From an uncultured Actinomycetota bacterium (lineage in GTDB: Bacteria > Actinomycetota > Actinomycetes > Propionibacteriales > Nocardioidaceae), in NCBI GenBank assembly GCA_963798055.1, contig CAWCRX010000022.1:345201-409200 (forward strand): a DNA stretch of 64,000 nucleotides. Reading direction: 5' to 3'. The first letter of the stretch is position 1. Every line of letters starts with the position of its first letter. A model generated the notes under the pieces. The model had not been told where the DNA came from. It saw only the letters and a program-made list of their open reading frames with translations, and did not search any database. A program made the translations under genes and the position numbers. Below are positions 53,014-63,115 of this stretch, piece by piece.

Positions 53014-54156
53014 TCAGCGGCGGGGCTTCGTCAGCAGCACGACGCCGGGCTCGATCTCGCCGCGCAGGCTGTAACCGGCGCGCTTGTACATCCGCAGGTT
53101 GCGCTCGCTGCCCCTTCCGGTGAACAGGCTGTACGACGGGACGTCACTGGGCGCCGCGGCCTCGATCTCGGCCAGCAGGAAGCGGCCCAGCCCCTGCCCC
53201 TGGAGGTCGGGAGCGACCATCACGCGGCCGATGTCCCAGGCCTCGCCCTCGCGCCGAGCCCGGGCGGCGCCGACGAGCCGGCCCTCCCGCCGGAGCACCA
53301 GGACCGTCCAGTCCGGAAGCCAGGCCCGCAGGTCGTCGAGCGTCTCGTTCAGAGCCGGGATCTCGACGCCCGGATTGTCGTGCATCTCCTGCACCCAGCA
53401 GGCCAGCTGCAGGGCGTAGAGCTCGCCGGCATCGGCCGGCACGACGACCGACAGCTCCCCGCCGCCCGGCACCGCGCTCAGCGGGAGCAGATCCGGCCGG
53501 CGTGCGGCAGTCCGGCGTGCGGCCTCGGCGCGGCGCCACTCGGCGATCCGCCCGTGGTCGCCGCTCAACAACACCTCGGGCACGTCGAGACCGCGCCACG
53601 AGGACGGCTTGGTGTAGACGGGGTACTCCAGCAGCCCGTCCTCGTGCGACTCCTCGAGAAGCGACTCGGCGTTGCCCATGAAGCCGGGCAGCAGCCGGGC
53701 AACGGCCTCGGTGATGACCAGCGCCGCCACCTCTCCCCCGTTGAGCACGTAGTCACCCACGGAGATCTCCCGCAGCTCGGCCCGGGTCGTCGCGTGGTCG
53801 AGCACCCGCTGGTCGATGCCTTCGTAGCGGCCGCAGGCGAACACCAGCCGGTCGCGCCCGGCCAGCTCGCGCGCGACCGCCTGCGTGAACGGGACGCCGG
53901 ACGGGGTGGGCACCACCAAGGTGGTGCCCTCAGTCAGCAGTTCGTCGAGCGCCTCGCCCCAGGGCTCGGGCCGCATCACCATGCCGGCGCCGCCGCCGTA
54001 CGGCGTGTCGTCGACCGTGCGGTGCCGGTCGTGCGTCCACTCCCGCAGGTCGTGGACATGCAGCTCGAGCAGGCCGCGGTCGGCGGCCTTGCCGGCCAGC
54101 GAAAGCTCCAGTGGCTCGAAGTAGGCGGGGAAGATCGTGACGTAGTCGAGGCGCAT
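53014..54156 (-). CDS. trmD: tRNA (guanine37-N1)-methyltransferase fused to a C-terminal GNAT domain
   Basis: [19 protein letters not shown] and GDYVLNGGE, then [26 protein letters not shown] in one frame. Confidence 0.93.
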   Translation of the reverse strand: MRLDYVTIFPAYFEPLELSLAGKAADRGLLELHVHDLREWTHDRHRTVDDTPYGGGAGMVMRPEPWGEALDELLTEGTTLVVPTPSGVPFTQAVARELAGRDRLVFACGRYEGIDQRVLDHATTRAELREISVGDYVLNGGEVAALVITEAVARLLPGFMGNAESLLEESHEDGLLEYPVYTKPSSWRGLDVPEVLLSGDHGRIAEWRRAEAARRTAARRPDLLPLSAVPGGGELSVVVPADAGELYALQLACWVQEMHDNPGVEIPALNETLDDLRAWLPDWTVLVLRREGRLVGAARARREGEAWDIGRVMVAPDLQGQGLGRFLLAEIEAAAPSDVPSYSLFTGRGSERNLRMYKRAGYSLRGEIEPGVVLLTKPRR

Positions 54157-54159
54157 CGC

Positions 54160-54741
54160 TCAGTCCTCGAGCGGGGTGACGAGGCCCGGCCGGTCGTCGA
54201 TCAGGACCCGGCGCGCGGGCAGGTCGACCTCGGGGACGAGCGCGGCGACGAACGGCACCAGCGCCTCGCGGCCCGCGGACGTCGTGACGACCAGCAGGTC
54301 CTGAGCCCCGCCGTGCAGCACGCCGGTGACCTCGCCCAGCTCGCCGCCGTCGAGGTCGTACGCCGCCAGCCCCACGAGCTGGTGGTCGTAGTACTCATCG
54401 GGGTCGGCCGGGGACTCGTCAGCTGGGATCGCAGTGTGCAGCAGCACCCCGCGGGCCGTCTCGGCGGCGTTGCGGTCGGGGATCTCCTCGAACGACACCA
54501 GCAGCGTGGTGCCGTGCCAGTGGGTCCGGCTCACGGTGAGAGGGGAAATGGCGAACGCCGACCCGCCACGAGGTTCCGCGCGGAGCGCGGTGCCTGTGGC
54601 GAACCGGCGTTCGGGTTCGTCGGTGCGGACCTCGACCGTCACCTCGCCGCGGAGGCCGTGCGGCTTGCCGATCCGGCCAACCACGACCTCGACCCTTCGA
54701 GACGCCTCGTCCCTCGGCTCCTCAGGACAAGCGGGGGACAT
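54160..54741 (-). CDS. rimM: Ribosome maturation factor RimM
   Basis: VVGRIGKPHGLRGE, EYYDHQLVG and LVPFV; start uncertain. Confidence 0.94.
   Translation of the reverse strand: MSPACPEEPRDEASRRVEVVVGRIGKPHGLRGEVTVEVRTDEPERRFATGTALRAEPRGGSAFAISPLTVSRTHWHGTTLLVSFEEIPDRNAAETARGVLLHTAIPADESPADPDEYYDHQLVGLAAYDLDGGELGEVTGVLHGGAQDLLVVTTSAGREALVPFVAALVPEVDLPARRVLIDDRPGLVTPLED
54693..54736. repeat. REP-like imperfect palindrome at the rimM 5' end
   Basis: Minus strand CCGCTTGTCCTGAGGAGCCGAGGGACGAGGCGTCTCGAAGGG. Confidence 0.5.
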
Positions 54742-54745
54742 CGGG

Positions 54746-54985
54746 TCAGCGACGGTCGACGTCGACGAAGTCGATGCGAGCGCCGTCCCGGCCGGCAAGC
54801 GCGCCGATCACGGTGCGGAACGCGGTGGCGGTCCGGCCCCCCCGCCCGATCACCTTGCCGAGATCGTCGGGGTGCACCCGGACCTCGAGCAGCGACCCGC
54901 GGCGCAGCTGCTTGTCGCGGACGGTGACGTCGTCGGGGTTGTCGACGACGCCGCGTACCAGGTGTTCGAGAGCCTCGGCGAGCAT
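54746..54985 (-). CDS. khpA: KH-domain RNA-binding protein
   Basis: VHPDDLGKVIGRGGRTA. Confidence 0.95.
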   Translation of the reverse strand: MLAEALEHLVRGVVDNPDDVTVRDKQLRRGSLLEVRVHPDDLGKVIGRGGRTATAFRTVIGALAGRDGARIDFVDVDRR

Positions 54986-54990
54986 CGCGC

Positions 54991-55578
54991 TCAGCTCTCG
55001 CTCTTCCCGGCGTCCTCAGCGGTGACGGTCTCGGCGGCCTCAGCCTCTTCGGCCGCGCCCTCCGGGGTCTCCGATGCGGGGACCTCGGCCGGAGCAACCT
55101 CCACCGGAGCCTCCTCGACCGGAGCAGCCTCTGCGGCGGGCTCCTCGACCGGAGCGACCTCCGCCGGTGCCTCCTCGGCCTTGGGCTCGGCCTTCTTCGA
55201 CGCCTTCTTGGTGACCGCGGCGCCCTTGGGCTCGTTGGCCGCCTCCTTGAGCGCCTCGTTGAAGATCTCCAGCTTGTCGCGCTTGGGCTCGGCGACCTTC
55301 AGGGTGCCCTCGCTGCCGGCGATGCCCTTGTAGGTCTGCCAGTCACCCGTGATCTTGAGGATCTTGGCCACGGCGTCGGAGGGCTGCGCGCCGACTCCGA
55401 GCCAGTACTGCGCCCGCTCGGACACGACGCTGATGTAGCTCGGGTCCTCCTTGGGGTGGTACTTGCCGATCTCCTCGATCACCTTGCCGTCCCGCTTCTT
55501 GCGGGAGTCGACGACGACGATGCGGTACTGCGGCACCCGGACCTTGCCCAGGCGCTTCAAGCGAATCTTGACGGCCAC
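54991..55578 (-). CDS. rpsP: 30S ribosomal protein S16 with acidic tail
   Basis: [16 protein letters not shown] and [10 protein letters not shown]. Confidence 0.97.
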   Translation of the reverse strand: MAVKIRLKRLGKVRVPQYRIVVVDSRKKRDGKVIEEIGKYHPKEDPSYISVVSERAQYWLGVGAQPSDAVAKILKITGDWQTYKGIAGSEGTLKVAEPKRDKLEIFNEALKEAANEPKGAAVTKKASKKAEPKAEEAPAEVAPVEEPAAEAAPVEEAPVEVAPAEVPASETPEGAAEEAEAAETVTAEDAGKSES

Positions 55579-55784
55579 GTTTGTGGTGTCTCCTCGGAAC
55601 TCGTGTGTGGTGAAGGCCGCCGTCCTTGCGTGGGGCACGAGGTCGGGTCCTTCGAGGGGCCTTGGCGCGTCCGGAGAGAGGGGCCGGGCGTGCAGGACTC
55701 AGCCGCCGATTGTGCCAGAACCGGCCGCGGGGTCCGAATCGGAGTGCCCTGGGCAGGTCGCCGCGCGCGGAGAATACTGGCGGC

Positions 55785-56390
55785 GTGAGCGCTCCTCAGT
55801 ACCAGCCGTACGGCGCCCCGCCTCCGCCGCCGAAGCGCAGGCGCCCGAGCGCCTGGTGGTTCGTGCTCGCCGGCGCGATGATCCTGGCCGGCGTCGCGAT
55901 CGGCGTCACGGTCCTGGTGCTCACCATCAAGGGCTTCACCGAGACCGACGCCACGGTGCCGGCGGACGGCCAGCCGCACCCGGTGTCCGTGAACGCGGAC
56001 GAGGAGCGGATGGTGTGGATCCACGATGCCGTACCGCCCTCGTGCACGATCGTCGACACCGAGACGGGTGACGAAGTGAGCTACACCGGAACGCCCGACG
56101 CGACGTACACGAAGTCCTCCGGTGGAGACGAGTGGCTGGGCGACCGCACCTTCGACCCCGGCTCGGGCGAGCTGGAGGTCACCTGCGCCGAGGCGGGCGG
56201 CCCGATCCAGATCGGCCCGGCGCCCGACTTCGGGAACTTCTTCGGCGGCCTGGCACTCGGCATCTTCCTACCGTTCTTCCTCGGCGGCATCGGGTTCCTG
56301 CTGCTGATCGTCCTCGGGGTGCTGTTTGCTACCGGCCGGCCACGACGCGACCCCGCAGGACCACCCGGCTCGGGCGGCGCAGCTCGCTGA
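55785..56390 (+). CDS. Hypothetical membrane protein (two TM segments)
   Basis: Pro-rich N-terminus, TM helix, extracellular domain, second TM helix. Confidence 0.7.
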   Translation: MSAPQYQPYGAPPPPPKRRRPSAWWFVLAGAMILAGVAIGVTVLVLTIKGFTETDATVPADGQPHPVSVNADEERMVWIHDAVPPSCTIVDTETGDEVSYTGTPDATYTKSSGGDEWLGDRTFDPGSGELEVTCAEAGGPIQIGPAPDFGNFFGGLALGIFLPFFLGGIGFLLLIVLGVLFATGRPRRDPAGPPGSGGAAR

Positions 56391-57408
56391 GGTCCGCGCG
56401 CGGGTCGCTGTCATAGACCACGAAGTCGGCCGGTGCGCCCTCGTCGAGACCGCTGTTCCAGCCGAGCCACTCCCTGGCCCGCCACGAGGCGGCCCCGAGC
56501 GCATACTCCGCCGGCATCCCGAGCCCCGCCATCGCGATCACCTCGCCGGCGAGGTTGCCGTGCCTGCTGATGCCGCCGCCGTCGGACCCGGCGAACAGCG
56601 GTACGCCGGCGTCGTACGCCGCCATGATCGTGTCTCGCTGCCGCGCGTGCAGGTCGGTCATGTGCGCGGCGTACACCGGGAACTTGGCGCCGGCCGCCTC
56701 GACGTACTCGGGGAACTTGTCGATCTGCATCACCGTCGGCACCAGGGAGATCCGCTTCTCGACCATGGCGTCGATCAGTTCCTGAGACAGCCCGGTCCCG
56801 TGCTCGATGCAGTCGATGCCGGCCTCGATCAGTCCCGGCAGCACCGTCTCGCCGAAGCAGTGCGCGGTGACCCGGGCGCCGTGCTCGTGAGCCGTCGCGA
56901 TCGCCGCGGCGAACGCCTCCGCCGGGAACGACGGCGCCAGGTCGCCTTCGTCGCGGGAGATCCAGTCCCCCACGAGCTTGACCCAGCCGTCGCCGCGCTG
57001 GGCCTCCCGGGCGACGTACTCCGTCAGCTGCCCGGGCTCGATCTCGTGGGCGTAGTTGCGGATGTAGCGCTTCGTGCGAGCAATGTGCCGCCCTGCCCGG
57101 ATCAGCCGCGGCAGGTCCTCGCGGTCGTGGATCCAGGCGGTGTCGGCCGCCGAACCGCAGTCGCGGATCAGCAGCGCGCCGGCGTCGCGGTCCTCGAGCG
57201 CCTGAGCCTCGGTCTCCTCGTCGGAGATCGCGCCGTCGTCGTCGAGGCCGAGGTGACAATGCGCGTCCACGAGCCCCGGGACGATCCACCCCTCGACCTC
57301 GGTGTCGGCTCCCGCGACCGACTCGTACGTGACCCGGCCGTCCTCGACGTACAGCGTGCGCGCCTGGCCATCGGGCAACACCGGGCCCCGGAACCTCAAC
57401 GCCGTCAT
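56329..57408 (-). CDS. Amidohydrolase family protein
   Basis: PGLVDAHCH, VTAH, IEHG and AGSD. Confidence 0.9.
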   Translation of the reverse strand: MTALRFRGPVLPDGQARTLYVEDGRVTYESVAGADTEVEGWIVPGLVDAHCHLGLDDDGAISDEETEAQALEDRDAGALLIRDCGSAADTAWIHDREDLPRLIRAGRHIARTKRYIRNYAHEIEPGQLTEYVAREAQRGDGWVKLVGDWISRDEGDLAPSFPAEAFAAAIATAHEHGARVTAHCFGETVLPGLIEAGIDCIEHGTGLSQELIDAMVEKRISLVPTVMQIDKFPEYVEAAGAKFPVYAAHMTDLHARQRDTIMAAYDAGVPLFAGSDGGGISRHGNLAGEVIAMAGLGMPAEYALGAASWRAREWLGWNSGLDEGAPADFVVYDSDPRADLSELRRPSRVVLRGRVVAGR

Positions 57409-57448
57409 GGCGCGAGAGGCTACCCGGGGCCCGGAGTGGGTTGCTCGA

Positions 57449-57889
57449 TCAGGGACGCGTGGTGCAGACCCAGGCGCGCTTGACGCACCTCTTGCCGCAC
57501 TTCTTCTGCGCAGCCTTGATCGCCGGGCCCTTGAACCGGTTGACGGCCCAGCCATAGCGAGTGACGAAGCCGTCGGAGTTGAGCTTCACCGAGAGCGCGG
57601 CACAGCCGTTGCGCACCCAAACGGCTGCCTCGCAGGTGCCGGGATAGTTGGAGCGCTGCTTGCACTCCGACTGCGCCCGCTTGATGGCCTTGCGCTTGGT
57701 GGCGTAGTCGTAGGACCCACCCCACGCGTTGTCGCTCGAGATCGAGAGCGCGCCGTAGTAGTTGCGGCGTTGCTCTGCGTCGGAGCTGCTGGCGGATGCG
57801 GGCAGGGCAGTGGTGACGGCGAGGCTCACGCCGAGCGCGAGCGCGAGGACGACGAGGAACCGCCTGGAGCGGTTGAACAGTGCTGACAT
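57449..57889 (-). CDS. Secreted DUF4189 protein
   Basis: Signal peptide; YYGALSIS..A..EC..C..NGCAAL..C..WVCT. Confidence 0.82.
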   Translation of the reverse strand: MSALFNRSRRFLVVLALALGVSLAVTTALPASASSSDAEQRRNYYGALSISSDNAWGGSYDYATKRKAIKRAQSECKQRSNYPGTCEAAVWVRNGCAALSVKLNSDGFVTRYGWAVNRFKGPAIKAAQKKCGKRCVKRAWVCTTRP

Positions 57890-57955
57890 CGAGGATCCCT
57901 TTCGATCTGGCGTCCGCGTCCGTCGGTAGATGCCCGCGCGGACTGCGGCGAAACC

Positions 57956-59930
57956 TCAGGTTTGCAGGCCATGTCCGTACCTGTACAGAGGGTCATAGAC
58001 CGGGTCGCCGATGTTGATCGGCTCCTGAGCCACCTCTCGCGGCCAAGAGACCGGCAGTTTGCCGCTGAACGACCGACGCCCGAAAAGTACGTCGGCCACG
58101 CCGCCGACCCTCGCTCCCCGGCAACCACGACGCGACCAGCGCGTCGATCTGCTGGCGCAGCGCGGCCGGTATCACCATCGGCCGACCCGACACCACCAGC
58201 ACTGTGCAGGAGCGCGCCCGCGCGCACACCTCTCGGACGGCCTTCCGATCGACGGACGAGAGCTCCATGGTCTTGGGCGGACGCGGCACGCCGTTGTCGC
58301 CCGGGTCATAGGCCCACAGCGGTCCGCCGACGTCGCCGAAGCCCTCGGCGTAGGGAGTCTCCCCCACCACGACGATGCCCGCTGCGTCGCGCGGGATCCG
58401 TTTGCTCGCCTTCTCGCTGAACCGCACGTGGGCGCCCGCGGTGTCCCGGATGCCGTCGAGGATGGTCTGGCCGGGGATCACGTTCGTCGACCCGCCCTGC
58501 CAGGTCAGGGTCCAGCCCCCGGCCTGGTTGCCGATGTTGTCGGCGTTGCTGCCGGCGACGTAGATCGGCTGCCGTCGCGGCTTCAAGGGGAGCGTGCGGT
58601 GCCGGTTGCTCAGCAGGACCTGCGACTGCGCCACCGCCTTCCGAGCCACCTCGCGGTGCTTCCGGCTGCCGATGTCGTCCAGGTTGCGCCGGTCGGTCAG
58701 CGGCTTCTCGAACAACCCCAGCTCGAACTTCGCGGTCAGGATCCGGGACACGGCGTCGTCGATGCGCGCCATCGGCACGGTGCCGGCCTCGACCAGGTCG
58801 ATGAGCGTGGCGATGAACTCCTGGTAGCCGACGTCGTTCGTCGTGGTCGGCTCCATGAACAGGTCCACGCCGGCGTTGACCGAGGTCGCGACCTGGGTTG
58901 CGTAGTCGCCGGGGATCTGGTGGATCGCCCGCCAGTCCGAGATCACCAGCCCGTCGAAGCCGAGGTCGCCCTTGAGGACGCCGGTGATCAGCTCCTCGCT
59001 CGCGTGCATCTTGACCGGGTTGCCGAGCCCGTCGTCGGTCCAGTCGACGCTCGAGAAGGACGGCATCACGGAGCCCACGTGGTGCGTGCGGATCGCGGGC
59101 TCGTACGGCGACAGCGCGAGCTCGTCGAACTCGGCCCGCGACACCTCGTTGATGCCCTGGTCGATCGTGTAATCGCCCTCGCCGGTGCCGAACTTGGTCA
59201 GCCCGTCGCCGGCGTAGTGCTTGGCGGTGGCGAGCACCCGGTCCGGTCGGTCCATCTGGCCGGGCCTTCCCTGCAGCCCGTCGATGATGGTCTCCATGCT
59301 GCGGACGAGACGGGGGCTCTCACCGAAGCTCTCGTAGGTGCGGCCCCACCGGTCGTCGCGGGCGACGCACACACACGGCCCGAAAGCCCAGTTCGGACCG
59401 GACGCCCGGGTCTCCTCCGCGGTGATGTGGCCGATCCGCTCCATGAGCCGGGGGTCGCGAGTAGCCCCGAGCCCGATGTTGTGGGGGAACACCGTGGCAC
59501 CCAGCAGGTTGGCGTGGCCGTGCACCGAGTCCACGCCGTACAGCAGCGGGATGCCCAGACGCGTGTCGAGCGCGGCTTGCTGGAACTCGTCGACCATGTC
59601 GGCCCACGCCTCAGGCGTGTTGGACTCGGGGACCGAGCCGCCGCCGGAGAGGACGCTGCCGAGCGCGTAGGTCGTGATGAGCGAGGGATCCTCGGCGACG
59701 TCGATCCGCTCGGCCTGGGTCATCTGGCCGACCTTCTCCTCCAGGGTCATCCGCGCCAGGAGGTCGGCAACGCGATCAGGGACCGGAAGGTCCGGATCCC
59801 GGTACGCCGGCGCCGGGTCGGCCGCTTCCCGTGGTGCCGGAGCCGCGGTGCCCGGTGACGACACGAGGGACAGCGCGAGGGTGGCGGCGAGGGCCGCACC
59901 AAGAACGGCGCGTGAGTGGTGCACTGACAT
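57956..59930 (-). CDS. Secreted GH3 beta-glucosidase (frameshift near 58105)
   Basis: [21 protein letters not shown] and GETPYAEG; C-terminus [13 protein letters not shown] in another frame. Confidence 0.92.
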
Positions 59931-60027
59931 CGCGAACTCCTTGCCCGAGATCAAAGGTTCTTGAAGGACAAGGTAGGAATCAGGATTCGTCCGGGTCAAT
60001 GCGGAAAGATCGGCATCCGACCCCTAA

Positions 60028-60048
60028 TTCGTCCATCTTCCTGACAAA
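60028..60048. promoter_or_regulatory. Candidate ROK-family operator
   Basis: Imperfect palindrome TTCGTC-N9-GACAAA in the AT-richer divergent spacer; a related TTCGTCC lies at about 59986. Confidence 0.35.
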
Positions 60049-60065
60049 CGCGCTACCGTGCCCAA

Positions 60066-61226
60066 GTGAGCGGATCGCTCGAACGGCTGCGCGCCGGCAA
60101 CAGCCGCGCGGTCATCTCCCTGCTGGCCGCGCAGGGCGCGATGAGTCGCGCGGATCTGGCCCGCGCCACCGGCCTCTCCCGCACCACCGTCTCGAGCCTG
60201 GTGACCACCCTGATCGCGAGCGGCCATGTCATCGAGACGACGGACCGGGGCAGCCCGCACAAGGGAGGCAGCGGGCGGCCACCGCTGCTCGTCGCGTTGA
60301 GCGCCCCAGCGGGCGGGGTCGTCGGCGTCGATATCGGTCACGGCCACATTCGGGTCGCTGCTGCCGATCGCACCGGCGCCGTACTCACCCAGGAGGTGGC
60401 GTCCGTCGACGTCGACTCCCATGGCGCTCAGGCGCTGGACCGGGCCGCCCGGATGGCTCGGGCGGCACTGAAGCGAGCCGGCCTGTCCCGCGGGGAGCTC
60501 CAGGCGATCGGGATGTGCGTGCCTGCGCCGCTGGACCGGCGCTCGGCGCGGATCAGCACCGGCATCCTCCCGGGATGGCAGGACCTCGAACCCGGCGCCG
60601 AGCTCGAGCGCCGGATGGGGGTCCCGGTGTTCGCGGACAACGACGCCAACCTCGGTGCCCTGGCCGAGGTCTCTCACGGGGCGGCTCGAGGGGTCGCCGA
60701 CCTCGTCTACGTGAAGGTCGCCAGCGGCGTGGGTGCGGGCATCGTGCTCGGCGGCAGGCTCCACCGCGGCACCACCGGGATCGCCGGCGAAATCGGGCAC
60801 GTGCAGGTGGGTGAGGACGGCCAGGTCTGCCGGTGCGGCAACCGCGGGTGCCTCGAGACCATCGTGTCCGCGCCGCGGATCGCCGAGCTGCTCGGCGCGG
60901 CGTACGACGAACGGCTGAGCACCGAACGCGTGCTGGAGCTGGACGAGGCCGGCGATGCCGGCGTACGCCGGGTGCTCAGCGACGCCGGGCGCACCGTCGG
61001 CCGCGCGCTCGCCGACCTGTGCAACAGCCTCAACCCCGAGCTCGTCGTGGTGGGTGGCTCGCTCGGCACCTCCACATCACTGCTCGAGGGAGTGCGGGCC
61101 TCGATCGACCGCTATGCCCAGCCGGACACCGCCGCCGCCGTACGCGTCGCGCCGGCCGAGCTCGGCGAGCAGGCCGAGGTCACCGGAGCGATCGCCCTGG
61201 CGGTGGCCCGAGTCGCCGCCGCCTGA
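60066..61226 (+). CDS. ROK family transcriptional regulator
   Basis: HTH SRADLARATGLSRTTVS; NDAN and GEIGH..CRCGNRGCLE. Confidence 0.94.
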   Translation: MSGSLERLRAGNSRAVISLLAAQGAMSRADLARATGLSRTTVSSLVTTLIASGHVIETTDRGSPHKGGSGRPPLLVALSAPAGGVVGVDIGHGHIRVAAADRTGAVLTQEVASVDVDSHGAQALDRAARMARAALKRAGLSRGELQAIGMCVPAPLDRRSARISTGILPGWQDLEPGAELERRMGVPVFADNDANLGALAEVSHGAARGVADLVYVKVASGVGAGIVLGGRLHRGTTGIAGEIGHVQVGEDGQVCRCGNRGCLETIVSAPRIAELLGAAYDERLSTERVLELDEAGDAGVRRVLSDAGRTVGRALADLCNSLNPELVVVGGSLGTSTSLLEGVRASIDRYAQPDTAAAVRVAPAELGEQAEVTGAIALAVARVAAA

Positions 61227-61229
61227 GGG

Positions 61230-61595
61230 TCAGAGCTGGTCGAGCAGCCAGGAAGGTGACTCGACGCTCGCGTGCGCCGCGACGCGCGCCTTGAGCAACC
61301 GGTCCGCGGTCACCACGCCGACCCGATCGCCGCGTTCGGCGGCGTTGCGGGCCTCGGCCACGATCGTGTCGTCGCCGCTTCCCGGGGCGTGCACCGTGCG
61401 CACGTGGGCGTCCCGACCCTTGCCGACACCGCCCTTCGCCGCGCCCTCGAGGACCAGCACGACCTCGTCGTACGACGTGTCCGCGACCATCAGCTGCTCG
61501 TGCAGCTTCCGCGCGGCGCCGGCGCGGTCGTTCCACCAGCCATCGGGTCGGCTCCCGACGACGTTGGCCCCGTCGACGACGAGGACCGATCTCAC
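61230..61595 (-). CDS. Small NYN/PIN-like (YacP-like) protein
   Basis: VVDGANVVGSRPDGWW, LEG, SGDD and VVTADR acidic motif set. Confidence 0.75.
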   Translation of the reverse strand: MRSVLVVDGANVVGSRPDGWWNDRAGAARKLHEQLMVADTSYDEVVLVLEGAAKGGVGKGRDAHVRTVHAPGSGDDTIVAEARNAAERGDRVGVVTADRLLKARVAAHASVESPSWLLDQL

Positions 61596-61936
61596 TCGGG
61601 CATCCGCCTGTTGCTCGGGTAGGCCGGCACCGGGTAGGTCGGGTGGTCGTACTGGTCGATCTTGGTGCGAACCCCGCCGAAGTCGTCGCCCACGTTGTTG
61701 TCCGTGTTGTCGAGATCGGCGGCCACCGCGCGGAGCATCGTTGCTGCCCACTCCATCTCCTTGGCGGTGTCCTGGATCTCCTTCTGCAAGGAGTACGAGG
61801 CCGCACTGTAGTCGCTGTAGCAGCCCCAGGAGCCGACGCCGATCCCGTCGCCGTCCCGCCACCACTGGTAGGCCGAGTCGCCCTCGTCGAGCTGGGTGGC
61901 GGCGGTGTTCATCTCGGGCGCGAGGTCGACGATCAA
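61592..61936 (-). CDS. WXG100-like small helical protein
   Basis: 114 aa, helical, with AATMLRAVAADLDNTD typical of ESX-type targets. Confidence 0.5.
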   Translation of the reverse strand: MIVDLAPEMNTAATQLDEGDSAYQWWRDGDGIGVGSWGCYSDYSAASYSLQKEIQDTAKEMEWAATMLRAVAADLDNTDNNVGDDFGGVRTKIDQYDHPTYPVPAYPSNRRMPE

Positions 61937-63079
61937 GCATGCTGCGCGGCGTTGCGGACGTTCTGTGGGTTCACGACCACACCCGGGAAGATGAAGTCGT
62001 CCGTCGAGTCCGCGCTGTAGGTGCCGTTGGGCCGGTCGAGGCGGAACGACTCCTGGTCCTGGCTGCCGTTGGACCGGGCCGGCGGGGATTGCTCGACGTG
62101 CTTCTCGAGGTTCTGCAGGCTCTTCTGGATGTCGCCCTCGACGGTCTTCGACGTCTCCTTGAGCTCGGTCGCGTGCGACTTCATCTTGCCCAGGATGTTC
62201 TTGTAGTGGCTGTCGCCGAGCTCGTTGGGCTCCGGCTCGTTGCCACCGAAGGTGTCGACGATCAGGCCGGTGACCGTCAGCGCCTTGCCGGCCGCCTCGG
62301 TGGCCGGCTTGAACGCCGGGAACCAGCCCAGGATCGTGTTCACCGATCCGGCAACGCTGAGCAGCGCCTTCAGGTCTCCGGAGCTGAAGCCCTCAGCCTC
62401 GCGGAACGCCCGCGCCGAGTCCTCCGCGAACTGCACGACGTCGGCCCGCATCCGGGTCCACATCTCCTTCTCCATCAGCAGCGTCATCCGCAGCACCTCG
62501 CACGCCAGCGCCTGGTTGCCGACCACCTCCTGGAAGAGGTTGAGGTACGTCGCGAACGACGTGGCCGCGGAGCCCTGCCAGGTGTTCAGCGTCTGGGCCA
62601 CCTGGTTGGCCAGCGCGATGGTGCTGTTGCCGTCGTAGTTGATCTGCGCGGGGTCGTCGTCGCCCGACGAGCTGGTACTCGACCCGCTCTTGCCTTCGGT
62701 CGAGAGCTGCTTGAGCGCCTCCCGGACGTTGTTGGCGAGGGCTTGGAAATTCTCGGGGTCGGGAAGGCCGAAGAACGGCTCGAAGACCGGCGGGATCGCG
62801 CCGACTCCCAGTACTGGTAGACCTGCCCCAGCGTGGCGGAGGCGTCGAGCCCGTTGTCGTCTGGTCGATGTAGCCGCCGTTGGGCGAGACCGGGTCGTCG
62901 GGGTAGCCGTTCCCGGGACCGGCGGCGGTCGTGGAGCCACCGCCGAGACCGCCGCTGATGTAGGTGACGTTGCCGGACCCGTCGGGATACCAGCCGAAGA
63001 CGTCAAGCTCGGCGTAGATCGCCTCCTTGACGACCTGGTCGACCAGACTCTGCAATCTTCCGTAGTCGTCGGCGCTCAT
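61933..63079 (-). CDS. Hypothetical protein with internal WXG motif, possible T7SS substrate (indels near 62800-62862)
   Basis: TLNTWQGSAATSFATY in a helical region; no signal peptide. Confidence 0.6.
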
Positions 63080-63115
63080 GCGGCGTACATACCCGGGTGA
63101 GGGGTGGCGCGAAAC

